Of a stretch of DNA of 64,000 bases, positions 21,374 through 32,000 are shown in pieces. Source of the stretch: Nitrospirota bacterium (GTDB lineage: Bacteria > Nitrospirota > Thermodesulfovibrionia > Thermodesulfovibrionales > Dissulfurispiraceae). The notes below the pieces were generated by a model that was given only the letters and a program-made list of their open reading frames with translations, ran no database searches and was not told the DNA's origin. Every line of letters starts with the position of its first letter. The first letter of the stretch is position 1. The DNA lies in assembly GCA_040758355.1 (NCBI GenBank), contig JBFLWF010000003.1:1-64000 (forward strand), written 5' to 3'. Made by a program: the position numbers and the translations under genes.

Positions 21374-23059
21374 ATGAGGTTTTCTAAGATGTTTATCCCT
21401 ACAATGCGTGAAGTTCCATCTGAAGCTGAAGCTATTAGTCATAAACTTATGCTCAGGGCCGGTTACGTCCGACAGCTTGCTGCCGGACTTTATATATTCC
21501 TCCCCCTCGGCTGGCGTGTTTTAAATAGAATAAATAAAATTCTTAAAGAAGAAATGGAAGTAATAGGCGCTCAGGAAATATCGATGCCAATACTCCACCC
21601 TGCCGAGGTCTGGCAAAAGACAGGCCGATGGTACGAAATAAAAGATGAGATGTTTCGTTTAAAGGACAGGACAGACAGGGATATGTGTCTTGGAATGACC
21701 CATGAGGAGATAATGACATGGCTTGCATCCAAGGAAATCCGTTCGTACAGACAACTGCCACAGATATGGTACCAGATACAGACAAAGCTAAGGGATGAGG
21801 CCAGACCTAAAAGTGGTGTCTTAAGGACAAGGGAGTTCATTATGAAGGATAGCTATAGTTTTGATACAGATGAAGACGGTCTTGAAAAAAACTATAAGTT
21901 TCACGCTGATGCCTATCATAAGATATTTAAGAGATGCGGTCTTAAATTTTATCAGGTTGAGTCAGACCCGGGAATGATGGGGGGTGCAACTGCCCATGAG
22001 TTCATGGCCTCCAGCCCTGCTGGAGAGGATGAGATTATCCTTTGTGATAAGTGTGGTTACACTGCCAATGTTGAAGTTGCACATTCTGTTTCGCCCACAA
22101 TTAAGGATTTGGAATGGAAATATGAAGAAGTTCACACGCCGCAAAAAAAGACAGTAAAAGAGGTTTCTGAGTTTTTAAGTATTGAGCCGACCTATTTTAT
22201 TAAGAGTCTTTTATTTATGGCTGCTGAAGGACCTGTCCTTGTCCTTATACGTGGAGACCAGGAACTGCATGAAAAGAAACTTTTAAGGGTAATCGGACAA
22301 TTCAGGACTGCCCATAAGGAAGAGGTAACGTCTATCCTCGGAGTAGAGGCAGGCTTTATAGGTCCGATGGGTCATAAGTTACGCATATTAGCAGATTCTA
22401 TCCTTAAGGAAGGAACTTATATAACAGGTGCCAATAAAGCTGACTATCATATAAAAGGAGTGAAACCGGATGTTCATTTTGAGGCTGAATGGCATGATCT
22501 GCACACTGCAAAAGAAGGCGACCACTGTCATAAATGTAATGCTTTAATTAAAACAGAGAAAGTAATTGAAATAGGTAATATTTTTAAATTGGGAATAAAA
22601 TATTCAGTGCCATTAAATGCTGTATTCCTTGACAGGGATGGACAGGAAAAACCTATGATAATGGGCAGTTATGGCATCGGTCCTTCAAGGATCGCTGCTG
22701 CTGCCATAGAGCAGAACTATGATAAGGATGGAATAATCTGGCCTAAAAGTATTGCGCCGTTTGATATCGAAATAATTCCTATAAATATCAATGACGATAA
22801 GACACTTGAGGTTATGGAAATCCTTTATGAGGGGCTTACCAAAAACGGTATGGATGTTCTTATTGATGATAGGGATGAAAGACCAGGCATTAAATTTAAG
22901 GATGCGGATCTTATTGGCATACCCGTTCATATTGTCCTGGGAGAAAAAAACCTAAAAGACAATCAAATGGAGATTAAAGACCGCCGTACAAAGGAGATAA
23001 GAAAGGTTTCCATAGAAAATGCTGTCAGTGAAGCCATCGCCTTTTTCCAAGAAATATGA
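21374..23059 (+). CDS. proS: Proline--tRNA ligase
   Basis: SHKLMLRAG, THEE, RDEARP, REFIMKDSYSF, MGSYGIG, KFKDADLIG; SD GGAGG upstream. Confidence 0.97.
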   Translation: MRFSKMFIPTMREVPSEAEAISHKLMLRAGYVRQLAAGLYIFLPLGWRVLNRINKILKEEMEVIGAQEISMPILHPAEVWQKTGRWYEIKDEMFRLKDRTDRDMCLGMTHEEIMTWLASKEIRSYRQLPQIWYQIQTKLRDEARPKSGVLRTREFIMKDSYSFDTDEDGLEKNYKFHADAYHKIFKRCGLKFYQVESDPGMMGGATAHEFMASSPAGEDEIILCDKCGYTANVEVAHSVSPTIKDLEWKYEEVHTPQKKTVKEVSEFLSIEPTYFIKSLLFMAAEGPVLVLIRGDQELHEKKLLRVIGQFRTAHKEEVTSILGVEAGFIGPMGHKLRILADSILKEGTYITGANKADYHIKGVKPDVHFEAEWHDLHTAKEGDHCHKCNALIKTEKVIEIGNIFKLGIKYSVPLNAVFLDRDGQEKPMIMGSYGIGPSRIAAAAIEQNYDKDGIIWPKSIAPFDIEIIPININDDKTLEVMEILYEGLTKNGMDVLIDDRDERPGIKFKDADLIGIPVHIVLGEKNLKDNQMEIKDRRTKEIRKVSIENAVSEAIAFFQEI

Positions 23060-24017
23060 GGATATCTGCCCTGCTCCTATTGCAGTTATAGATGTAGGAA
23101 CAAATACGATCAGACTTTTAGTTGGATGTGTAAGGGAAGGAAAGATAGTTCGTATTGCCACAAATAGATTTGTCACACGACTCGGCAAAGACCTGCAAAA
23201 AACCGACAGACTTAGTCCAGACAGCATAGAAAAATCAATAACGTCCATTATAAAGCTTAAAGAAGTCTGCAAAAAATACGGCGTACAAAAAATAATCGCT
23301 TTGGGCACAAGTGCCTTAAGAGAGGCAGAAAACAGCGAAGAGTTTTTAGCGGATATTAAAAAAGGTGCAGGAATAGATATCGAGGTTATATCCGGAGAAA
23401 GAGAGGCAGAATTAACCTTAAAAGGGATTCTCCCATCACTCCATCACTCCATCGCTCCGTTTCCCCATTTCTTATTAGTTGATATTGGTGGAGGCAGTAC
23501 TGAATGGATACTTTATAAAAAGGCTAATATGCAGAACTCAAAACTAAATATGGGCAGTATCCCTATAGGTGCTGTAAAACTCTTCGAAACCTTTATAAAA
23601 CATGACCCCCCTGCTCCTGAAGAACTCATTCATATGAAAAACCTTATCTCTCAACAATTTTTTATGGCATTAAACTCATCACTCATCATTTGTCACTCAT
23701 CACTATCCTTAGTTGTCACTGGAGGCACTGCTACAACAATAGCGGCTATCGATATGAGCATGGATGAATATGATGGAGACAAAGTACATCTCCATAAAAT
23801 CTCCCTACCTACCCTTAAAACAATCTATAAAAGATTAATCACGCTGCTTCACAACGAGAGGAGTAAGATAAAGGGATTGGAACCAGAAAGAGCTGACATA
23901 ATAATATCAGGAACTCTTATTTTACTGGCTCTCATGGAGGCATTAAACATTAAGGAGGTTATTGTAAGCGACTACGGATTGTTGGAAGGAGCGATTATAA
24001 GTTATCATGTGTTATAA
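23019..24017 (+). CDS. Ppx/GppA phosphatase family protein
   Basis: DVGTNTIR, TSALREA.N, ISGEREA, DIGGGSTE, RADII, SDYGLLEG. Confidence 0.92.
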   Translation: MLSVKPSPFSKKYEDICPAPIAVIDVGTNTIRLLVGCVREGKIVRIATNRFVTRLGKDLQKTDRLSPDSIEKSITSIIKLKEVCKKYGVQKIIALGTSALREAENSEEFLADIKKGAGIDIEVISGEREAELTLKGILPSLHHSIAPFPHFLLVDIGGGSTEWILYKKANMQNSKLNMGSIPIGAVKLFETFIKHDPPAPEELIHMKNLISQQFFMALNSSLIICHSSLSLVVTGGTATTIAAIDMSMDEYDGDKVHLHKISLPTLKTIYKRLITLLHNERSKIKGLEPERADIIISGTLILLALMEALNIKEVIVSDYGLLEGAIISYHVL

Positions 24018-24025
24018 TCGTAGCT

Positions 24026-24772
24026 ATGAAAAAGGTATTTGAAAGGCCGAAAAGCCTCAAAACAACACCATTCCGTTATTGTCCGGGCTGCGGACACAGT
24101 TTAATTCACAGATTAATAGCAGAGGTCATAGACAATCTGGGCATTAAAGACAAAACCATCGGTATTGCTCCTGTAGGTTGTGCGGTTTTTGCCTATGATT
24201 ACTTTGATATTGACATGATAGAGGTTGCCCATGGAAGACCGCCTGCTGCTGCAACTGGTATGAAACGCACACTGCAGGACAGGGTTATCTTTTCATATCA
24301 GGGAGACGGAGACCTCGCTGCAATCGGGACCGCAGAGATTATCCATGCAGCAAACAGGGGAGAAAACATCACAGTCTTTTTTGTGAATAATGCCACCTAT
24401 GGAATGACAGGCGGACAGATGGCTCCAACAACCTTGCCTGAACAAAAAACCACCACGACCCAAAAGGGCAGAGATATAAAAACAGCAGGTTATCCCCTGC
24501 ATGTGTCGGAAATGCTTGCAACAATCGACGGTGTCTCCTTTATTGCAAGGGCTGCGGTTGATTCGGTTAAGAATCTCATCGATACGAAAAATCTGATAGA
24601 AAAGGCCTTCAGGTATCAGATGGAATGCAAGGGATTCAGCATGGTGGAGATATTATCGCCCTGCCCCACCGACTGGTGGATGTCCTCGGAGAAGGCTGTT
24701 GATTGGATGAGGGATAAAATGATAAATGTTTACAGACTCGGGGTTTTAAAAGACAAATGGAAAACAGAATAA
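24026..24772 (+). CDS. 2-oxoacid:ferredoxin oxidoreductase beta subunit (TPP-binding)
   Basis: YCPGCGH, HGRPP, YQGDGD, NNATYGMTGGQ, SPCPT. Confidence 0.93.
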   Translation: MKKVFERPKSLKTTPFRYCPGCGHSLIHRLIAEVIDNLGIKDKTIGIAPVGCAVFAYDYFDIDMIEVAHGRPPAAATGMKRTLQDRVIFSYQGDGDLAAIGTAEIIHAANRGENITVFFVNNATYGMTGGQMAPTTLPEQKTTTTQKGRDIKTAGYPLHVSEMLATIDGVSFIARAAVDSVKNLIDTKNLIEKAFRYQMECKGFSMVEILSPCPTDWWMSSEKAVDWMRDKMINVYRLGVLKDKWKTE

Positions 24773-25314
24773 TCATTGCAGGCTCCGGCGGCCAAGGCAT
24801 ACTGTTTTTAGGGAAATTAATAGCTTATTCCGGAATGCTTGAAGGGAAAGAGGTTACATGGTTCCCATCGTATGGTGCAGAGATAAGGGGGGGCACTGCA
24901 AACTGTACGGTCATTGTTTCCGAAGAGATGATAGGCTCTCCGGTCATAAGAAACCCCAATATCCTGATAGCAATGAATGAGGCATCATACAACCGTTTCT
25001 CGGAAAGACTTCTGCCAGGTGGTGTTTTAATCTATGATTCCTCTCTAATTAATGCCAGAGACAAAAGGAGTGATATTAAAACTGTCGGCGTGCCTGCAAC
25101 AGAGGTCTCCGCATCTTTGAAAAACACAAAATCTGCGAATATGGTTATGATAGGCGCACTTGTGGGACTTACCCATGCCTTAGACATCGATTCTGTAATC
25201 CATGCCGTCGATGAAATAACCCCGGCCCGCAGGAAAGAATCTGCAGACGTGAACAAGGATCTGATAAAGAAAGGATACAGATTATTTGAAGATAAGAAAG
25301 GCAAAGATAACTGA
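24757..25314 (+). CDS. 2-oxoacid:ferredoxin oxidoreductase gamma subunit
   Basis: AGSGGQG and PSYGAEIRGGTANC. Confidence 0.93.
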   Translation: MENRIIIAGSGGQGILFLGKLIAYSGMLEGKEVTWFPSYGAEIRGGTANCTVIVSEEMIGSPVIRNPNILIAMNEASYNRFSERLLPGGVLIYDSSLINARDKRSDIKTVGVPATEVSASLKNTKSANMVMIGALVGLTHALDIDSVIHAVDEITPARRKESADVNKDLIKKGYRLFEDKKGKDN

Positions 25315-25738
25315 TATAAAACACATTCATAAATTTGTAAACGAGTTTGCCAAAAAAGAGGAAATGCTTCCAAGGGCGCTCAACGACCTCTATGAAGGAA
25401 TAAGGGATTTCTTCGTTTATGAAGATCAGGGGATAATCAAGGGCGTCTGTGCCCTGCACATTTTATGGGAGGACCTTGCAGAGATCAGATCCCTGGCTGT
25501 AAAAGAGGAGTACCGGAGAGCCGGCATAGGCAAGAACCTCGTCAAGAGATGCTTAAAGGATGCAAAGGAACTGGGAATAAAAAGGGTCTTTGCCCTTACA
25601 TACCAGCCCGAATTTTTTAAAAACATAGGCTTTTCAGAAATCGATAAGGCTAAACTTCCTCATAAGATATGGGGCGACTGCCTGAAATGCCCGAAATTCC
25701 CTGAATGCGACGAGCGTGCTGTGATTATTTATCTTTAA
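25286..25738 (+). CDS. Short ArgA-like N-acetyltransferase (GNAT)
   Basis: LAEIRSLAV, G.GK.LV, VFALTY, LPHKIWGDCLKCPKFPECDE; TTG start. Confidence 0.88.
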   Translation: MKIRKAKITDIKHIHKFVNEFAKKEEMLPRALNDLYEGIRDFFVYEDQGIIKGVCALHILWEDLAEIRSLAVKEEYRRAGIGKNLVKRCLKDAKELGIKRVFALTYQPEFFKNIGFSEIDKAKLPHKIWGDCLKCPKFPECDERAVIIYL

Positions 25739-26261
25739 GTTGTATCTTTACCTCTGCATTGGCTCTCAACTCTTCAAGATGTCTTTTCAGTTGTCTGTTT
25801 GTCTCCAGTTCAAACAGATACTTTTCTATCTCATCTCTCACGGATAAATAATCCCTGCCCTTGAATTCGTTCATGTGCTCCATATAAAATTGGCTGATCG
25901 CATCCTCTTTTATAAGGATCAATGAGCTGATTTTAATATCGATGTAGTCCTTCAAAAGTTCATCATCCGTGGGGGCCTCGAGTTTCATCTTTTTTGCTTC
26001 TTTAATAAGCAGTAATCGGTTTATCATGGAGTTTATGACATCTTCTTCTGTTATGTCTGTTACGGTTTTTTCCATTTTTATATAATTTTCCCGAAACTCC
26101 GAAAGTGTTATAGCTGTATCGTCAACATACGCAACTGCCCTGTCGATTACCTCAGAGAAACAAGTAAAGGTAGAGGTAAAGGTAAAGAATAGAAAAGATA
26201 ATGCAAAGAGGACATTAAATCTTTTCCTTAACCTCAACCTTAACCTGTCTTTAAAACGCAT
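25725..26261 (-). CDS. SurA N-terminal-domain-like periplasmic chaperone
   Basis: Signal peptide, then EVIDRAVAYVDDTAITLSE ... LEELRANAEVKI. ATG at 26261 overlaps the stop of the upstream Omp85 gene. Confidence 0.75.
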   Translation of the reverse strand: MRFKDRLRLRLRKRFNVLFALSFLFFTFTSTFTCFSEVIDRAVAYVDDTAITLSEFRENYIKMEKTVTDITEEDVINSMINRLLLIKEAKKMKLEAPTDDELLKDYIDIKISSLILIKEDAISQFYMEHMNEFKGRDYLSVRDEIEKYLFELETNRQLKRHLEELRANAEVKIQLKDK

Positions 26262-29001
26262 GCCCGATGCTGAAATGTATCTCACTCTTGCTTTCACCTA
26301 TTTCTCTGTCTAATTTATAGCCATAGTCCAGTCTGAATGGACCAACAGGTGTGTTATACCTTAATCCAAGCCCTGTCGTATATTTCAGATTCGTTATATC
26401 TGCATTCTCCATCTTCTTCCATACATTTCCTCCGTCGAGAAAGGCAACAACGCCGAACCCCCTTCCAACGTCAGTTCTGAATTCGATGTTACCCATTACA
26501 AAGGCATTTCCTCCTGTGGGAGTCCCGTCTGTTCCTTTAGGCCCAAGGGTATCCTGTTCGTAGCCTCTGACGGTTGTCCTTCCGCCGAGGAAAAATCTTT
26601 CGACGATAGGGAGATCTCTTGTACTACCAAAGCCCTTTGCAGCCCCTCCTCTTATCGATACAGCAAGTACTATCCTTTTGCTGAGGCTCTGATATTTGTT
26701 TACATATAACAACATTTTGACAAAGTCTGTCTCTGATAAAAAGGCTGCGGATGCCACTTTAAAAGACAATCCGGCAAGAACCCCTTTTCTCGGCTCAAAT
26801 GGGTTGTCTCTGGTGTCATATATCAGTCCCGGACGGAGCCCGCTTATTATGAGGGTTCCTGTATCTTCCTTGCTCAGCACTATATCTGGTTTTATGTCAC
26901 GGGTTTTTACAACAGAGAAGTCATAATAGAACTCGGCCTTTAATGTTTCGCTGAGCTTTTTTTCTATACCTGCACTTGCCGTATCCCTCCTTATCCTATA
27001 GCGTATATCCCCTGTATCTATGCCTTTCTCCTTTCTGTCTTCATGCAGGAGCAATGCCTTGAACGCCAGATCCTTTTCCATAAACCATGGTTCATAATAC
27101 GAAAGTATGAATCGCCTTTCCAATGTGCTTAGTTCTGTCCTGAAGGATGCCTGCCTGTTCATCCCCCATAAATTTTTATAGCTTATATCGAAGAACCCTC
27201 TGAGCCTCTCGTACTCGCCATAACCAAAACCAAACTCCACAGCTCCGGCATCGGCCTCCTTCAACCTGTAAAGTACATCCCTCTTATCTCCCACTTTGTC
27301 CGAGAGTTTTGCCTCCACATCCGTAAACAGACCCAATCTGTAAAGCCTGTGCCGTTCCTGAAGCACGAGATTATAGTTGAGAGGGTTGTCCTCTTTATGC
27401 AGGAATTCTCTATTTATAACGCGATATCTTGTCTGCTCATTGCCTATAATAATGGCCTTCCCGAATAAGGTAACTTCTCCCTCCTGTATAGAGAAAGTGA
27501 TATGTGCGGCAGTGCCTGATATTTCCCTTTCTACAGTAACTACAGTGTCTAAAAACCCGCGCTTGTTGTAAGTCTCCAGTATTTTTCTTCTTGCATCCGA
27601 TATATCCACCTCATTGTATGGGCTTCCTTGCTTTAACTGTATTTCTTTCAGGATGTCTTCTTCTTTTATATGTTTGTTGTTTTTTATAGAGATGCTGGAT
27701 AATCTCACCTGAGGTCCTTCTTTTATATAAAATTTTATTTCTACCCTGCTGTCAGTAATTTTTATGTCAGGCTCCTGAACCTCTACATATAGATAGCCGA
27801 GTGCATGATAGAACTCTGTGAGCGTCTCTATATCCGCCTCCAATGCATCAGGGTTATAGTAGCCGCCTGACCGCAATGTTAAGACATCTTTCAGGCTCTC
27901 ATGAGGAATGGTAAGGTCGCCTGAGATGCCCTCAAATGCTATTGAATCCACTATATATCTATGCCCCTCGAATATAAAAAATTCAAGAGAGACGACATTA
28001 TTAGAGGTGGATATTACAGGTGCGACCTGAGCAAAAGGATAACCGTATTGATGGTACAGTGTTATCATCCTCGCTGTTGTCTCTTCTACCAGGTTGTCGC
28101 TGAAGGCATTTACCTCGAAGAACGGCATCTCTTTCATTAATATCTTCGATTGTATTGCAGTATTGCCGTCAAATGAAATAGCGAGCTTTTTACCTGTGTC
28201 AAGCCTTATATTTAGTATTCCGTTGCTATATGAATGGACAAGTGATGTTCCGACATATCCCTGCTCTTTATAGTATTGTGTTACCTTCTTTGCCAGACGC
28301 TCTATTTCCGTACGATCAAAAATATCTCCTTCTGAAAGCCTTAGATACGATTTGACAATATCCTCCGGCTCGGAGATTATGATCTTTTTTATGATTTCGG
28401 GTTGTCCCTCTAAGATATTAATTACAATAGCAATCCTGTTGTCCTTTTTATGGATGATGTCGAGAATAACATTTGAATTAACAAATCCTTTTTTTTTCAA
28501 TCCATTTTTCAAAGATTCATTTGCCCTTTTTAAATTCAGGGTATTTAATCTCTCTCCATCTTCTATGCCGAACTGTTTTTTGATAAACCTGTCGGAAAAA
28601 TAATCATTCCCGGTAACCTTTATGGAATCTATTATATTTTTTTCTTTCACTGTTATCTTTATTTTTGTGTTGGCATCATCGAGACTTTCAACAATAATGT
28701 CTTCGAATATCCCCTTTAAAAAAGCCCTTTTGATGCCCTCCCTCACATTGGTTTTATTCAGGACTTCTCCTTTATTAATATCCAGCAAATATAAAAGCTC
28801 ATCCTCAGAAATTGAGTAAAGGCCTGAAACCTTAATGTTGGTTATTGGTAAAGGGTTATTGGTAAAGGGTTGAGCATAAGCCACGACAGGCAATAGGCAA
28901 CAGGCAATAGGCAATAGAAGTACGAGAAGAAAATTACCTATAGCCCATCGCCTATCGCCTGTTTTTCTATTTGAACTCAAACCTGAATTTAATATCTCCA
29001 C
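26251..29001 (-). CDS. Omp85-family outer membrane assembly factor (BamA/TamA-like), multiple POTRA domains
   Basis: POTRA repeats, ERFFLGGRTTVRGY, GLRYNTPVGPFRLDYG, C-terminal F. Confidence 0.92.
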   Translation of the reverse strand: MEILNSGLSSNRKTGDRRWAIGNFLLVLLLPIACCLLPVVAYAQPFTNNPLPITNIKVSGLYSISEDELLYLLDINKGEVLNKTNVREGIKRAFLKGIFEDIIVESLDDANTKIKITVKEKNIIDSIKVTGNDYFSDRFIKKQFGIEDGERLNTLNLKRANESLKNGLKKKGFVNSNVILDIIHKKDNRIAIVINILEGQPEIIKKIIISEPEDIVKSYLRLSEGDIFDRTEIERLAKKVTQYYKEQGYVGTSLVHSYSNGILNIRLDTGKKLAISFDGNTAIQSKILMKEMPFFEVNAFSDNLVEETTARMITLYHQYGYPFAQVAPVISTSNNVVSLEFFIFEGHRYIVDSIAFEGISGDLTIPHESLKDVLTLRSGGYYNPDALEADIETLTEFYHALGYLYVEVQEPDIKITDSRVEIKFYIKEGPQVRLSSISIKNNKHIKEEDILKEIQLKQGSPYNEVDISDARRKILETYNKRGFLDTVVTVEREISGTAAHITFSIQEGEVTLFGKAIIIGNEQTRYRVINREFLHKEDNPLNYNLVLQERHRLYRLGLFTDVEAKLSDKVGDKRDVLYRLKEADAGAVEFGFGYGEYERLRGFFDISYKNLWGMNRQASFRTELSTLERRFILSYYEPWFMEKDLAFKALLLHEDRKEKGIDTGDIRYRIRRDTASAGIEKKLSETLKAEFYYDFSVVKTRDIKPDIVLSKEDTGTLIISGLRPGLIYDTRDNPFEPRKGVLAGLSFKVASAAFLSETDFVKMLLYVNKYQSLSKRIVLAVSIRGGAAKGFGSTRDLPIVERFFLGGRTTVRGYEQDTLGPKGTDGTPTGGNAFVMGNIEFRTDVGRGFGVVAFLDGGNVWKKMENADITNLKYTTGLGLRYNTPVGPFRLDYGYKLDREIGESKSEIHFSIGHAF

Positions 29002-32000
29002 CTATTCCGCCTCTTTCGTCCCTTAGTCCAATAAGGGATGTATTTTTCCCCAATGTATATTCCAATTTCAATACCTGTTCTTCACCTGTACCCACAGCAG
29101 TGCTGTAGGTCACATAAAGCTTGTCTCCTAAAAGCCTTTTTGCTATTGTTACGCGTGGCGTAACGGTGCCCGTGGATTTCGAGATATAGGGGTCTATTTG
29201 AACCCTGTCAAATCCGGTAATTGTTTTTAGCCTCTCTTCGAATACATCCTGCAGTTTCCCTGTAATGAATGAGGTAGCCTCACCTGCACCAATGCCGCCT
29301 TCGAGTCCCTTAAGGTGTTTTCCCATCTGTCCGACGGTAAGCAGGCTAAAGATATCTGTTTCGTCCAGTGCTGGACTGGATGACAGCGAGAGGTTGAACT
29401 GCTCTATATAACCGTCCAGATTGAGTCTGATGTTGTAGTTCCTTACCCTTGTTTCTGCCGCAATATCAAAGTATGGGTTTACCTGATTGGGATTTGCAAA
29501 ATCTACACTTGCCTTTAATACCTTGAACTCATTATTTCTGAAATAAACGATTCCTTCTTTTGCCTCCACCTTGCCCAAGAGTATGGGTTGGCCTATACTT
29601 CCCCTCAGAAGGATATCCATTTTCATTAAAGCCCTTGCAACATTATTATCAATGAAAAGGTTTGTACCCGATACCCTGATATTCAGGTTGGTTTTATCCA
29701 GCTTAGTGACCTCAACCCGCGGCCTTTCCTTGGGCCGTGCCTTGAGAAGCCAGCTCTTCCACTCTATCCTTTCGCTGTACTTCGCCTTCTTTATGGCAAT
29801 GTCGCCCATGAGGGTCTGTATGTCCATGGTACCTCTGTAGTATATATTACCGTCAAAACTGACCCAGAAGTCCTTGGATACAGAGGCTGTTATGTTATGC
29901 AATCGTGACTCCAAGAAAAATCTCTTTATGGAAAATCTATCCAGGAATGCGGTTCCTGATATGCTCACATCCCCACCTGAAAGTTTTCCGTTGGCCCTTT
30001 CAATGGCAATGCGGTCTTCGTCTATATATATATATGCAGCGATGGAAGTAAGACGGTAGCTTATATCCTTAAAGCCGAGGGTTCCGCTGCTTACATCCAT
30101 GCCTCCGTTTATTTTAGGTTTCTCCCAATCACCGGAAACAGAAAAAACAAAGGATGCATTTCCCTTTACAACATCTATGGTTTTTGATATTGCCTTTAAA
30201 GGCGCCAGGGACGACGAGCCTTCTAAAAGCAGATCATAGCTTTTACCTATCGTCATGTTTCCACTTAACTTAAATTCTGTGGTATCGCCTTTCATGGACA
30301 ATGCCCCGATGGAGAGTTTTCTGTCCTCGAGTCTGGCGATAATGTCAGAGCTGTTCGTAAATCCGATCCCGTAGAGATAGAGATGCACCCTGTTAATCGT
30401 TGCAATGGCATTTATATGGTCTTTGTCTCCATATGCCTTTATGTTGCCTGTGAGGTTAAGCAATAAATCCTCAGGAATGTCTTTCAAAAAACCGGCGGCG
30501 ATAAAGTCATACCGTGCAGTTTGCAGTTCGACAGTGGCAGACCACGGCAGTTTTTCTGTAAGATCTGCATTTCCTTTTATGCTCATTCTGCCATTTAGAA
30601 ACTCTGCGGCGATTTCTGCATGTTTATCGATCAATATGCCTTTAAGCATTCCCTTTCCAACGGAATGTCCTTTATAGCTCCCTCCATTTATGCTGCTCTT
30701 TAATTCTATTTTTGGATTTTCGAATGTCCCTTCTCCTTTGATATCTGTATCTGTGAGCAAAATGGTTTCGAGAATTTTGGAGCTTTTTAAACGGCTTAAA
30801 CTGTTTGAACCATTTGAATCATTGGGTATGATATCGACAGCTTTTACATTTTGGCCGCGAGCAGCAAAAGAAAATCTCTTGTCTAAAGTAAGTATCCCGT
30901 TAGCATTAAGAGTCGATGTGCCTCTTTTTATACGTAAGGAACCAAATGAGAACTCCCTCTTTGCATACGAGACCTTTCCGTCTGCGCTGTCCACAGAATA
31001 TTTGTTTTGCAGGGCCTGCAGAGATAATCTCTTTGCATGGACGTCTCCTGACGCCCTGATATCATAAGGTTTTCCATAGAGTCTGAAGTCCGCATCCATG
31101 TTTCCTGCAAATGTAGGGGCATCTTGAAATGTGTCAGAGAGGGCCTTAATATCAATATTTCTTGCCGATATATTTAAGTCATAATCAGGCTCTCTTAATT
31201 CGAACAGTTCCAGTGCTTTTTTGAAATAAACACTTCCTGAAGCCCTGTACTCTTCTTTTGCAGTGCTGGCTATGATGTTCTTAACAGTCAAAAGGTTTTT
31301 TCTGTATACCATCTCGCCTTCTGCCCTGTCGAAATTTATTACTCTTTTTTTCAATGCATCGGGAATGCCCAATTCACCTATTGAGAATATTGTGTTGTTC
31401 GATGCAAATTTCAGGTCTATTACAGGGTCTTTGAATGTACCGGATACAGAGCAGTTAAATTTTCCGGGGCCTGATAATGCAGTAAAATATGGAGATGAAA
31501 ACTCCTTTACATCATCGGTTGCTCCGTTCCCTGCAAAACTCAGGGTATTCTTTTTAAGATCAACGGTTCCTGATGTTAAGATGCTCGACTTATCGGTAGA
31601 GATGAACATTTCAGGGAAATATATTTCATCTCCCTTCATGCTGAATTCGCTTTCGATCTTTTTCACCCTGTCAAGGATGTCTCTGTCCTTTGGCACGCCA
31701 ATATAATATAAATTGCTATAATAGAAATTGCCGTGAGGGTTAAACTCGCTGCCTGCAGACTCGATCTCACCTGAAACCCTGCCCTCCGGGATATGCGGAT
31801 CCCATCGTATCAATTTGAACAGGCCTTTGCTGCTCACATCCTTTACACCAACCTTAAGCGTATAATAATTAACAACAGGGAGTTGTATTGTGGCTTCGAC
31901 ATGAGCAGTCCCTTTATAAAGACGGGCACTCCCATCGGTAAATTTCATGGTACCGTCTTTATAAGATACATTGCAGTTTAAGCTGTCAATCTCTACATCA

